From Kofleriaceae bacterium (GTDB taxonomy: Bacteria > Myxococcota_A > Polyangia > Haliangiales > Haliangiaceae): a stretch of 47,119 nucleotides of DNA. Below, piece by piece: positions 29,861 through 39,106 of this stretch; the stretch's first letter is position 1; every line of letters starts with the position of its first letter. The translations under genes and the position numbers were made by a program. The notes below the pieces were generated by a model that was not told the DNA's origin, did not search any database, and saw nothing but the letters and a program-made list of their open reading frames with translations. The stretch spans positions 1 to 47,119 of the forward strand of contig JBKJLC010000242.1 in the NCBI GenBank assembly GCA_046597055.1, given 5' to 3'.

Positions 29861-30549
29861 CGATCGCTCCGTCCACCATACCCAGCCGGCGCCGCCGCCG
29901 CCACCTGCTCGATCAGCTCGGCGGTGACCTCGTCGAGGGTCGCCACCACCCGGTCCGCCGCCGACTGGTCCTGGCCGGCGAAGTTGCCGGCGGCCACGCC
30001 GATCACCGGACAGCCGGCGGCGCGCGCGGCGGCGATCCCGGCGGTCGAGTCCTCGAGCACGATCGCGTCGGCCGGCGCGATCCCGAGCTGCGCGCACGCG
30101 GCCAGATATCCGTCGGGCGCGGGCTTGGACCGGGCGACGTCCTCGGCGCACAGGACCACCGCGAACGCGTCCTGCAGGTCGAGGCGCGCCAGCATGGCGG
30201 CGGCTTCGGCGCGCGAGCTGCCGGTGACGATCGCGCGCGCGCGGTCGGCGAACCGGGCCACCGCGGCCAGCGCGCCGGGCAGGACCCGCGCGCCCTGCTC
30301 GGCGAACACGTCGTGACTGGCGAGGGTCGAGCGCGCGATCAGCTCGTCGCGCTCCCAGGTCAGCTGCGGGTAGCGCGCGCGCAGGTGCGCGTGGATCGCG
30401 ACCCACGAGTGGCCGATCACGAAGTCGCGATCGGCCTGGGTCACGATCAGACCCAGGGCCGCCAGCGCGCGGGCCATCGCCTCGGCGTGCTGCCGCTCGC
30501 TGTCGACCAGGGTGCCGTCGAGATCGAAGAGCACGGCGCGGACGGGCAT
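29857..30549 (-). CDS. HAD-superfamily phosphatase
   Basis: FDLDGTLVDS, KPAPD and LEDS motifs. ATGA overlap with HMG-CoA lyase. Confidence 0.9.
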   Translation of the reverse strand: MPVRAVLFDLDGTLVDSERQHAEAMARALAALGLIVTQADRDFVIGHSWVAIHAHLRARYPQLTWERDELIARSTLASHDVFAEQGARVLPGALAAVARFADRARAIVTGSSRAEAAAMLARLDLQDAFAVVLCAEDVARSKPAPDGYLAACAQLGIAPADAIVLEDSTAGIAAARAAGCPVIGVAAGNFAGQDQSAADRVVATLDEVTAELIEQVAAAAPAGYGGRSDR

Positions 30550-30644
30550 CCCGGCGTGTATACCCTGCCCGACCCGGTAACCGGCGCGGCCGTGACCGCC
30601 ACGATCCCGGGGTACCGAGGCATCTTCTGACGTCTGGAGGAACC

Positions 30645-32030
30645 ATGCGGCTCGTAGCGCGGATCATCTCGCTCATCCTGTGTGCCGGTCTGATGGCGTG
30701 CGGTCCGTCCGCCGGCGCCAAGCGGGCCCAGACCTTGCTCGATCGCGGCGACTACCAGGGCGCGGCGCGGGTCGCCGACGAGGAGCTGACCCGGGCGCCG
30801 GCCGACGCCCACCTGCAGCGCATCCGCATCCGGGCCGCGCTCGGCCTCGGCGACGCGGCCGCCGCGGTCGCTCATTATCGCGCCTGGCGGCAGACCCAGG
30901 GCAGCGACGACCTGGCCGCGCTGCGCACGATGGCGCTGACCACGCTGTGGCAGGGCCTGACCTCGCCGTCGGCGCAGGTCCAGGTCCAGGCGATCCGCGC
31001 GATCGAGCGCCACGAGATCGAGGACTTCGCGCGCGACGTGGCCGAGCGCATGGGCGACGACGACGACGTGGTGGTCGCCGCGGCCGCGGTCGCGGTGCTG
31101 CGCGCGTTTCCCCAGGCGCCGGCGGTCGCGACCGAGATGCTGTCGTCGCCGGACCCGCAGGCGCGCGCGATCGCGGTCGAGGGCATCGGGCGCAAGGTCG
31201 GCAAGCGCGCGGCGGCGGAGCTGCGGGCCGCGGCGGTCGATCCCGATCCCCGGGTGCGGTCGGCCGCGGTGGCGGCCATCGGCGCGCTCGCCGACCCGGC
31301 CGACACCGGCCGGCTCACCGAGCTGGCGACCGACGCCAGCAGCGAGGTCCGCGGCGCCGCGCTCCGGGCCCTGGCCCGCGGCAAGCGCGGCGACCACGGC
31401 GCGCTGGCGACCGCCGCGCTCGCCGACGCGTCGCTCGGGGTCCGGCTGGCCGCGATCGACCTGCTGGTCGCGTCGCGCGGCAAGCCGGCCGCCGCCACCC
31501 TGCTCGGCCATGCCGACCCGATGGTCGCCGCCTACGCCGCGCGCGCGGCCGGCGATCGCGCCGCGGCCGGGCCGGTCCTCGACCGCGCGCTCGCCGATCC
31601 CGATCCGTCGGTGCGCGCCGGCGCGGTCAACCTGCTCGAGGCCGCGCTCGGCAAGGACGGCGCGCGCCCGCGGGCGACCGTCGCCGCCCGCGATCCGGAC
31701 GTGGCGGTGCGGGTCTCGGCGGCCCGGGTGCTCGCCTATCTGGGCGACCCTACCGCCGCGATCTTCATCTACGCCGCGGTGCTGGCCAGCCCCGTCGAGT
31801 CCGACCAGATCGGCGCCGCCGCCGAGCTCGCCCATCTCGGCGACGAGCGCGGCCCGATCGCGCTGGCCCGGCTGGCGGCGTCGAAGTCGCCAGCGGTGCG
31901 CCGCCAGGTGGTGACCGCGCATCTGGCCGCCCGCGTGATCACGCCCGGCCTGTGGGAGGCGCTCGCCGATGACCAGGCCGCGATCCGCATTGACGCCGCC
32001 GCCACGCTGATCGCGCTCGGCGCGCGCTGA
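30645..32030 (+). CDS. HEAT-repeat lipoprotein
   Basis: LMAC lipobox, repeated D-x-D-P-x-V-R-x-x-A helices and SD GGAGG. Confidence 0.85.
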   Translation: MRLVARIISLILCAGLMACGPSAGAKRAQTLLDRGDYQGAARVADEELTRAPADAHLQRIRIRAALGLGDAAAAVAHYRAWRQTQGSDDLAALRTMALTTLWQGLTSPSAQVQVQAIRAIERHEIEDFARDVAERMGDDDDVVVAAAAVAVLRAFPQAPAVATEMLSSPDPQARAIAVEGIGRKVGKRAAAELRAAAVDPDPRVRSAAVAAIGALADPADTGRLTELATDASSEVRGAALRALARGKRGDHGALATAALADASLGVRLAAIDLLVASRGKPAAATLLGHADPMVAAYAARAAGDRAAAGPVLDRALADPDPSVRAGAVNLLEAALGKDGARPRATVAARDPDVAVRVSAARVLAYLGDPTAAIFIYAAVLASPVESDQIGAAAELAHLGDERGPIALARLAASKSPAVRRQVVTAHLAARVITPGLWEALADDQAAIRIDAAATLIALGAR

Positions 32031-32080
32031 CCGGCGCCGGCGCGTGACCCGGCTTGACGGCGCGGCCGGCACGGCGCGAA

Positions 32081-32425
32081 ATGGTGCCGGTGCGCAGGCT
32101 GATCGGGCCCATGCTGTTCGCGCTGACGTGCGCGTGCGTCGACGAGGTCGACCCGCGCCCGGCCAGCTGGTCGTACCTCCACGCCGCGATCATCGTGCCG
32201 AGCTGCGCGACCTCGGGCTGCCACTCGGCGTTCAGCAAGACCGCCGGCATCAGCCTGCAGGACCGCGACCCGGCCCGGCTGCTGTTCGAGCAAGGCGCGA
32301 TCGACACGCCGCTGCTGCGCGGCGTGCAGGCAGGCACCCGGCGCATGCCGCCCGATCAGCCGCTGCCCGCGGCCGACATCCTGCTGGTCGAGCGCTGGAT
32401 CCTCGACGGCAAGCCGGACAACTGA
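32081..32425 (+). CDS. Small c-type cytochrome-like lipoprotein (CX4CH)
   Basis: Lipobox-like CAC, CATSGCH, RMPP (possible distal Met) and WILDG end. Confidence 0.7.
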   Translation: MVPVRRLIGPMLFALTCACVDEVDPRPASWSYLHAAIIVPSCATSGCHSAFSKTAGISLQDRDPARLLFEQGAIDTPLLRGVQAGTRRMPPDQPLPAADILLVERWILDGKPDN

Positions 32426-33549
32426 TGCGCGGTCTGCTGCTCGTGATCGCCGTGCTGGTGACCGCGCCCTCGGCGGCGCGGGCCTACCCGCAGCTCCAGT
32501 TCTCGACCGACCACGTGCGCTGCGGCGAGTGCCACTTCGCACCCGCCGGCGGTGGCCTCCTCGCCGACTACGGCCGCGAGGAGGCCGGCGACGTGATCTC
32601 GCGTGGCGGCGACGGCCGCTTCCTGCACGGTCGGTGGACCCCGCCGTCGTGGCTGGCGCTCGGCGGCGACCTGCGCCTCGCCGGGCTCGTCCACGACCAG
32701 GGCGACCGGCAGGGGATCACGACCGCGGTGTTTCCGATGCAGGCCGACGTTTACCTGCGCGCGGCGGTCGACGCGTGGTCGGCGTACGTGAACGTCGGCT
32801 ACCGCGGCGCGACCCGGCCGGTGATGCCGTCGCTCGCCTCGCGGTTCGTCTCGCGCGAGCACTATCTGATGTGGCGCGACGACGAACGTGGCTGGTATCT
32901 GCGGGCCGGTCGCTTCTTCGCGCCGTATGGCCTGCGCCTGCACGAGCACACCGCGTACGTGCGGCGCTTCCTCGGGTTCAACCTGCTCGAGGAGCCCTAC
33001 GCTCTCTCGGGCGGCTTCGCCGACGACCGCTCGGAGCTGCACGTGACCGCCTTCGCGCCCGACTTCGTGCGCGCGCCGATCGGGCCGCGCGGGGCCGGGG
33101 TCGCGGCGTTCTACGAGCGTCGGGTCGCGACCACCGCCGCGTACGGCGCGCAAGCCAAGGTCACGATCGGCGACGCCGATCGACGCGCGACCGGCGGCGC
33201 GATCGGCAAGCTCTACCTGGCACGACCGCGCGTCCAGCTGCTCGCCGAGGCCGACCTGGTCCGCCAGACCTTCGCGCAGGTCGACGCGCCGCGCTGGCAG
33301 CTGCTGGGCTACCTCGGCGCGGCCTGGTTCCCGACCCGCGGGCTGATCGCTCAGCTCACGCTGGAGCGCTGGGACCAGGACCTGGGGGTCTCCGGCCTGG
33401 CGCGCAGCGCGGCCGGGGTCCACCTGCAGTGGTTTCCCACCGCCCACGTCGAGCTGTCGCTGTGGGGGCGGGTCGCCATGGTCGGCAGCGGCGACGACGA
33501 CGGCCCGCTGGCGAAGACGCTGCTGCTGCAGCTCCACTACTATCTTTGA
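32425..33549 (+). CDS. Outer-membrane beta-barrel protein with N-terminal CxxCH heme motif
   Basis: Signal peptide, CGECH, AGRFFAPYGL, amphipathic strands and LHYYL end. TGATG coupling with the upstream gene. Confidence 0.78.
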   Translation: MRGLLLVIAVLVTAPSAARAYPQLQFSTDHVRCGECHFAPAGGGLLADYGREEAGDVISRGGDGRFLHGRWTPPSWLALGGDLRLAGLVHDQGDRQGITTAVFPMQADVYLRAAVDAWSAYVNVGYRGATRPVMPSLASRFVSREHYLMWRDDERGWYLRAGRFFAPYGLRLHEHTAYVRRFLGFNLLEEPYALSGGFADDRSELHVTAFAPDFVRAPIGPRGAGVAAFYERRVATTAAYGAQAKVTIGDADRRATGGAIGKLYLARPRVQLLAEADLVRQTFAQVDAPRWQLLGYLGAAWFPTRGLIAQLTLERWDQDLGVSGLARSAAGVHLQWFPTAHVELSLWGRVAMVGSGDDDGPLAKTLLLQLHYYL

Positions 33550-33554
33550 TCGCG

Positions 33555-34058
33555 TTACTGGATCTGGCCGCGGAGCTCGCCACCCATGCACGCGGCGGTG
33601 TGCAGGTTGATGTACGCGCCACCGGCCTTCAGCGCGGTCACGAACGCCGCGAAGTCCGCGGGCGCGCCGGTGGCCGGCGTGTAGTTGGCCGCGACGAACG
33701 TCTGCGTGATCGGCGAGGCGGTGCTGGTGAAGGCGAGCACCACACCACCGTTCATGCCGGCGACGTTGGCGTGGATATGCGCCGCGGCCGCCGCGCCCGA
33801 CAGGCCGGTATAGGTGAAGTTGGAGACGACAATCTGCGTGTTGTCGGCGCTCACCGTGACCGTGGCCGAACCGGCGGCGGTAGCGCCGGCGCCCGCGCAC
33901 GCCGGGGCCTCCTGGGCCTTGGTCAGCGACACGTTGAAGGTCGTGCCGGCGGCAGCGGCGGCATCGATCGCCGGGGTCTCGCCACCGTCGTCGCCGCACG
34001 CGGCCACGCACGCCATCGCAGTCACGAAGAACATCGTTCGAGTCGAATTGATCATCAT
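33555..34058 (-). CDS. CHRD-domain lipoprotein
   Basis: VAAC lipobox, AAHIH, YINLHT and GELRGQI. Confidence 0.9.
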   Translation of the reverse strand: MMINSTRTMFFVTAMACVAACGDDGGETPAIDAAAAAGTTFNVSLTKAQEAPACAGAGATAAGSATVTVSADNTQIVVSNFTYTGLSGAAAAAHIHANVAGMNGGVVLAFTSTASPITQTFVAANYTPATGAPADFAAFVTALKAGGAYINLHTAACMGGELRGQIQ

Positions 34059-34408
34059 GGGGATGAGGGTCGCACGCTGACGATCAAAGACAAGCGCGCG
34101 ACTGACCGGGAGTCGCGATGGTGTCGAGGTCGTCACTCGGTGCGCGGCTCATGGACCTGGGGCTCCGCTATCCACCGTGCGGTCTCGTCTCCGGAGCGCT
34201 CGGGGATCGCGGTCGGAACGTCACCGCGGGTCGCACCGGCGTGCGCGTCGGCACGTGCTCGACACCGGAGCGGCGGAGGCGCACGTGGCCACGCCCGCCC
34301 CCTCGGACACCGGCCGCAGCGCGCGGATCAGCATCGCCGGCGCCGCCGGCAAGCCGTCGCGGTCGTGGCGCCCCGCGACAGCAAGCGAGGCGGCAGGCAT
34401 GATGGGGC

Positions 34409-34951
34409 ATGCGTCAGAACGAGCGCGCGCTGCTGGCACTGACCCTGGTCGTCGCGAGCGCGTGCCGCGAGCGCGCACCGCCCCGCGCGCGCCCGCCCGA
34501 GGCCAGCGCGGCGAGCCGCACGGCGTCGAGCAACCCGTCTCCACCCGACGCGGCGGTAGCAGTCGCACCCGCGCCGGCTGACGATCCCATGGCCGAGAAG
34601 CTGCGGCACTGCCCGGTCACCGTCGACGGTGCCGCGGTCGAGCTCCGCGACATCGACGGCGGCATCGAGGTGATCGTCACCGCCGGCGACGCCGCCGCCA
34701 CCGCCGACATCCGGCGCCGCGCGGCCCACCTGGTCGCCTTCTCGCTCGGGCAGGCGACCGGCGGCAAGCACGGCGGCGGCGACGGTGGCGGTTTCATGCG
34801 GAACTGCCCGGTCGTCACCCGCGCCACACAGATCACGTCGACTGCCGTCCCCCGCGGCGCGAGCCTGATCGTACGACCGACCGACGGATCGCCGGTCGCC
34901 GACCTCCGCGCCGAGACCCGCCGCCGCCACGACGCCCTGATCGCCCCGTGA
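34409..34951 (+). CDS. Hypothetical lipoprotein with internal duplication
   Basis: ASAC lipobox; two CPV-initiated repeats separated by a Gly/His linker. Confidence 0.7.
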   Translation: MRQNERALLALTLVVASACRERAPPRARPPEASAASRTASSNPSPPDAAVAVAPAPADDPMAEKLRHCPVTVDGAAVELRDIDGGIEVIVTAGDAAATADIRRRAAHLVAFSLGQATGGKHGGGDGGGFMRNCPVVTRATQITSTAVPRGASLIVRPTDGSPVADLRAETRRRHDALIAP

Positions 34952-35048
34952 CGTTACAAGCGGATGACACCACCCCATGCCCGGGGCGAAGGGACCCCAT
35001 ACCCGCCCGCCATCCGGGCAATACCGCAACAGTCTCGCCAGCTCCCGA

Positions 35049-35064
35049 TGGCCCTGGAGTTGCT
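35049..35064 (+). promoter_or_regulatory. Sigma54 (-24/-12) promoter of the TonB-dependent receptor
   Basis: TGGCCC-TGGAG-TTGCT with exact GG-N10-GC spacing, 15 nt before ATG 35080. Confidence 0.7.
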
Positions 35065-35079
35065 TTGAGCTTGCGCCGT

Positions 35080-37002
35080 ATGCCCCGCCCGCTGCGCTCC
35101 CCCTGGCTCGCCGTGGTGACCGCCCTGGGCGTCACCACCGCCTCCGCCCAGCCGACCCCAGCCCCTGCCCCTGTCGCCACCCTCACGGACGCCGAGCTCA
35201 TCGAGCTCGCCACCCGCGACAGCGAGGTCATCGAGATCTGGGACGAACGGCCGGACAAGCCCTACGATCGCGACACCCAGGTCCGCCTCACCGGGGAGGA
35301 GCTCGCCCAGCGCGGCGCCACCGATCTCGCCAGCGCGCTCGCCCTCCTCCCGGACATCAGCGTCCGCGACGCTGGCCGCGGCGGCGCCAACATCGACATC
35401 CGCGGCGCACGCAAGGGCGCGGTCCGCGTCCTCGTCGACGGCGTCAGCGTCGCCGACCCGTACTACGGCACCTTCGACGTCTCGACGATCCCGGTCACCG
35501 ACATCGTCCAGATCCGCGTCTCGACCGCGCCGGCCTCCCCGATCGACGGCCCCGGCGGGCCCGGCGGCGTGATCGAGGTCCACACCCGCGACGCGATCGG
35601 GGCACGCCTGGTGGTCGCCCGCCTGACCAGCGACTCCCTCCCGACCTTCGGTGGCTCGGCCACCGGACGCACCGCCGTTGCCCGCGACCTGTCGATCCGG
35701 GTATCGGCGTCCGGACTGTGGGGCCTGCGCGAGCTCGAGCTGCCCGCGATGGCGACCCTCGGCGAGAGCCGGCGCGCGACCACCGGCGCCGCTCGCCTCG
35801 AGTATCGCAAGGGCGCTCGCCGGGTCGCGCTCGACACGTTCATCGACAACCGCCGCTACGTGCCCCCACCCAACGAGGAGTCGGCGACCGCCACCATCCT
35901 CGTGATCGATCGCGAGACGACCGGGCGCGGTCAGGTCAGCTTCGACGATCAGCTGGGCCGCGTGCAGGTCCAGGGCCGGGTCTGGACCCACGCGCTCAAG
36001 CGCGTCTCGCGCTACTTCCGCGACCCCGCGCTCGGCGACATCGCCACCGAGGAGGACCTGTTCGCGATGCGGACCGGTGGCACCGCGCTCGCCACCCGGC
36101 CGCTCGCGAAGACCTGGCGCTGGGTCGCGTCGGCGACCGTCGACCACGAACGCGCGCGGGTGGAGGCCATCACCGCCGCGACCGACATCGTGAGCCGCGG
36201 CGACGTCACCTTGCTCGAGGCCGCCGCCGGCGCGCAGTACGAGGACGGCCCGGTGCGGGTCGACGGCGCGGTCGGGGCCGCGGTCCCGCTCGGCCTGGGC
36301 GCCGATCCATGGCCCGAGGCCAAGCTGGTCGGCCGCTACCGCCCCGTGGCCGCGCTCGAGCTGGTCGCGACCGGGGCCCACAAGGGCCGCACGCCGAGCT
36401 TGCGCGAACGGTTCGACACCCAGACCGGCAACCCGGCGCTCGGCCCCGAGATCGCCAGCCACGGTGAGCTCCGCGTGATCGGGCGGCCGATCGAACCCAT
36501 CGAGCTGGAGCTCGCGCCGTACTGGCGGCGCTCCGACGGCACCGTGAAGCTGGCCCCGATGACCAACCGTCTGACCAACCTCGGCACCGTCGACGTCCGC
36601 GGGATCGACGCCAGCGCCAAGCTTCAGGTGCATCCCCGCGTGCAGCTCGGTGGCGCGTACGCGTTGACGCTCGATCGCGCGCGCAACGACGACGCCAGCG
36701 GCTGGCAGGATGACCCGCTCGACCGCCTGCCCGACCACCGCGTCGACGGCTGGGTCAAGGCCACGCCGCACCACCGGATCACCGCGATCGCGCGCGCGCG
36801 CTGGTTCGGAACCGCGATCGACCGCGACGTCGAGGTCGCCAGCTACTACCTGCTCGAGGCGTCGATGTCGGCCCAGCTCGGCGGCGACTGGCTCGGCGTG
36901 ATCCGCTGCGACGACCTGCTCGACGAGCGTCCCGAGACCCGCAACGGCTACCACCTGCCCGGCCGGGTCTTCGCCCTCATGGTGCAGGGCACGTGGCAGT
37001 GA
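35080..37002 (+). CDS. TonB-dependent receptor
   Basis: Plug domain (IDIRG, VLVDGV, GGVIEV), NPALGPE, and a barrel ending PGRVFALMVQGTWQ. Confidence 0.9.
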   Translation: MPRPLRSPWLAVVTALGVTTASAQPTPAPAPVATLTDAELIELATRDSEVIEIWDERPDKPYDRDTQVRLTGEELAQRGATDLASALALLPDISVRDAGRGGANIDIRGARKGAVRVLVDGVSVADPYYGTFDVSTIPVTDIVQIRVSTAPASPIDGPGGPGGVIEVHTRDAIGARLVVARLTSDSLPTFGGSATGRTAVARDLSIRVSASGLWGLRELELPAMATLGESRRATTGAARLEYRKGARRVALDTFIDNRRYVPPPNEESATATILVIDRETTGRGQVSFDDQLGRVQVQGRVWTHALKRVSRYFRDPALGDIATEEDLFAMRTGGTALATRPLAKTWRWVASATVDHERARVEAITAATDIVSRGDVTLLEAAAGAQYEDGPVRVDGAVGAAVPLGLGADPWPEAKLVGRYRPVAALELVATGAHKGRTPSLRERFDTQTGNPALGPEIASHGELRVIGRPIEPIELELAPYWRRSDGTVKLAPMTNRLTNLGTVDVRGIDASAKLQVHPRVQLGGAYALTLDRARNDDASGWQDDPLDRLPDHRVDGWVKATPHHRITAIARARWFGTAIDRDVEVASYYLLEASMSAQLGGDWLGVIRCDDLLDERPETRNGYHLPGRVFALMVQGTWQ

Positions 37003-37028
37003 CCCGCGCCGCACACGGCGTCAACGGG

Positions 37029-38234
37029 TCACCGCAGCCGTCGCCGCGCGACGAGGATCAGCATCCAGGTCACGCCGAGCGCACCGACCGCGGCCGGCGC
37101 CGCGAAGGCCAGCCGGCTGTGGCCGGCAGCGAGCATCAACCCGACGAAGACGCTCGAGCCGAGATCGCCCAGCGCGTTCGCGCTCGCCAGCACGCCGAGG
37201 CCCAGACTCCGGCGCTCGCGGGGGAGCAGCGAGGCGACGACCGCCTTCTCCAGCGTCTCCTCGATCGCGATGTACACACCCGACAGGGCAATCGCGACCA
37301 TCAGCCACGGCAGCGAGCCGCCGCCCAGCGCAAGCACCAGGTTGGTCACCACCCCGAGCGCGTAGCCCACGACCAGGACCCCAGGCTTCGACCAGGCGTC
37401 GCCGAGGCGTCCCGCCGGGTACGCGGCCAGCGCGCTCACCAGGTTGTGACCCGCGTAGAGCAGGATGGCGACCGACAGCAAGCCGCTCGCGCTGGTGGTC
37501 TCGCCGAGCGCCCGCGCCGCCAGCAAGATGAGGAACGTCCGGGAGAAGTCGCCGAGCCCGAACAGCAGCACGCCGCCCACGAACAGCCAGTAGTCGCGCG
37601 GCATCCCAGCCGAGCCTGCCGCTGGTGCGGACGCGGCGGCCGCCGCGGTGGGCGGCGCCGGCCCGACGCGGTCGCGGGTCAGCGCGACGATCGCGCCCAC
37701 CGCGAGCGCCGACGGCACGATGCTCCACAGGATCACCTCGCGGAAGCCGGTCCCGGCCCACACCAGCAGCGCGGCGATCAGCGGCCCCACCACCGCGCCG
37801 ACCATGTCGGCGGCCCGCTCGATCCCGTAGGCGCGGCCGAAGTGGGTCGGGCCGACCTCGTCGGCCAGCATGAAGTCGCGCAACGGCGAGCGGAACCCAC
37901 GCCCGAACCAGGCGACCGCCCGCAGCGAGGCGACCGCGGCGATGACCTGGACCACCGCGATGAGCCCGGTGCCCAGGAGGGTCAGCGCGTACCCCGCGGC
38001 GGCCCACGGTCGCTTGCGCTGGACGCGGTGGCCGACCGCACCACCGGCGAGCTTCGACAGGCTGAAGGCCAGGTCGGCCGCGCCCTCCATCATGCCCAGC
38101 GCGGCCGGCCCCATGCCGAGCGCCGCCACGTACAGCGGCAACACGGCGGTGACCATCTCGTGACCGACGTCGGAGAAGAACGTCGCCACCACGATGCCGA
38201 CGACGGTGCGGGTCACCCAGCGCCGGTCGTTCAT
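37029..38234 (-). CDS. MFS transporter
   Basis: 401 aa with about 12 hydrophobic segments; SDVGHEM, GRGFRSPLRD and GRLGDAWS. ATGA overlap with the upstream lipoprotein. Confidence 0.9.
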   Translation of the reverse strand: MNDRRWVTRTVVGIVVATFFSDVGHEMVTAVLPLYVAALGMGPAALGMMEGAADLAFSLSKLAGGAVGHRVQRKRPWAAAGYALTLLGTGLIAVVQVIAAVASLRAVAWFGRGFRSPLRDFMLADEVGPTHFGRAYGIERAADMVGAVVGPLIAALLVWAGTGFREVILWSIVPSALAVGAIVALTRDRVGPAPPTAAAAASAPAAGSAGMPRDYWLFVGGVLLFGLGDFSRTFLILLAARALGETTSASGLLSVAILLYAGHNLVSALAAYPAGRLGDAWSKPGVLVVGYALGVVTNLVLALGGGSLPWLMVAIALSGVYIAIEETLEKAVVASLLPRERRSLGLGVLASANALGDLGSSVFVGLMLAAGHSRLAFAAPAAVGALGVTWMLILVARRRLR

Positions 38235-39106
38235 TCGCCGACGACTCCGCGCAAGGTCGCGGTGGCAACCCCGCCCCGGTCGTCGTGGAGCACGGCCCAG
38301 AGCTGCACCGGGCCCGGCGTGCTCGGTGCCGTCCAGGCCACCTCGCCGGTGCCGGTCGCGTCCGCCGCGACCCCGCCGGCGGTCGCGAACCAGCTGACAC
38401 GCAGGACCTCGACGCGATCGACCAGCACGGCGTCGGCGCGATCGTAGCGAACGTACGGTTCGGCCGCGCCGTCCGGCCAGGCCGCGACCAGGGTCACCGT
38501 CTCGCCGGCGACGATCGTGGCCGGGTCCGCCGCGCGCCCGTCGCGCACGACCGCGAGCGAGCTGAGCGTCGGGTGCTGGTTGCGCCGGTAGCGCTCGCGG
38601 TACTCGCGCACGATCGCCGGCGGCGCGTCGCCCAGGTTGCACGCGATGCGATGCAGCCCGAACGTGATCGGTGCCCCGTCGAGGCCGACCCGCACCGGCT
38701 GGTAGTAGCCGCCGGTGGGATCGGGATCGCGCGGGCGGAAGCCGCCGAGCGGGGTGTCGGGTCCGTAGGTCGCGCACGCAGCGGCCGGCATCGTGGCGGT
38801 GACGGTCGGCCCGTCGCCAAGCGGCGCGAGCGCGGCCGGGTCGTCGACGCACGGCGGCGGCACCACGTTGTCCTCGGTCGGTGGCTTGGGGGCCGTGCAG
38901 TGGGCCCAGGCCAGGGCCGGTGCGGTCACGGGCCCGTCGGGGCTGGCGACCACGGCGGCGTAGCTCACCACGTCCCGCGGCGCGGCCTCGGCGGGCTCGG
39001 CGACCACCGCGAGCACGCGCGGCCCGTCGATCCGCGACACCTGCTGATCGAGTGGATCGACGCACGCCGACCAGGCCGCCAGCGCCAGGAGCACCGGGGC
39101 CCTCAC
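38231..39106 (-). CDS. Lipoprotein partner of the TonB-dependent receptor
   Basis: WSAC lipobox; PRVLAVVAEP, WFATAG, WTAP and LHDDRGG. GTGA overlap with the receptor. Confidence 0.78.
   Translation of the reverse strand: MRAPVLLALAAWSACVDPLDQQVSRIDGPRVLAVVAEPAEAAPRDVVSYAAVVASPDGPVTAPALAWAHCTAPKPPTEDNVVPPPCVDDPAALAPLGDGPTVTATMPAAACATYGPDTPLGGFRPRDPDPTGGYYQPVRVGLDGAPITFGLHRIACNLGDAPPAIVREYRERYRRNQHPTLSSLAVVRDGRAADPATIVAGETVTLVAAWPDGAAEPYVRYDRADAVLVDRVEVLRVSWFATAGGVAADATGTGEVAWTAPSTPGPVQLWAVLHDDRGGVATATLRGVVGE

Noticed and set aside
26450..30316. 1288-aa plus-strand ORF
   Set aside because: Antisense shadow of four well-supported minus-strand genes. It is Arg/Ala/Gly-rich with no motifs, as expected in very high-GC DNA.
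34118..34402. 94-aa ORF in the intergenic gap between the CHRD gene and the lipoprotein
   Set aside because: No recognisable motif or RBS, and an Arg/Pro-rich tail. Probably non-coding regulatory DNA.
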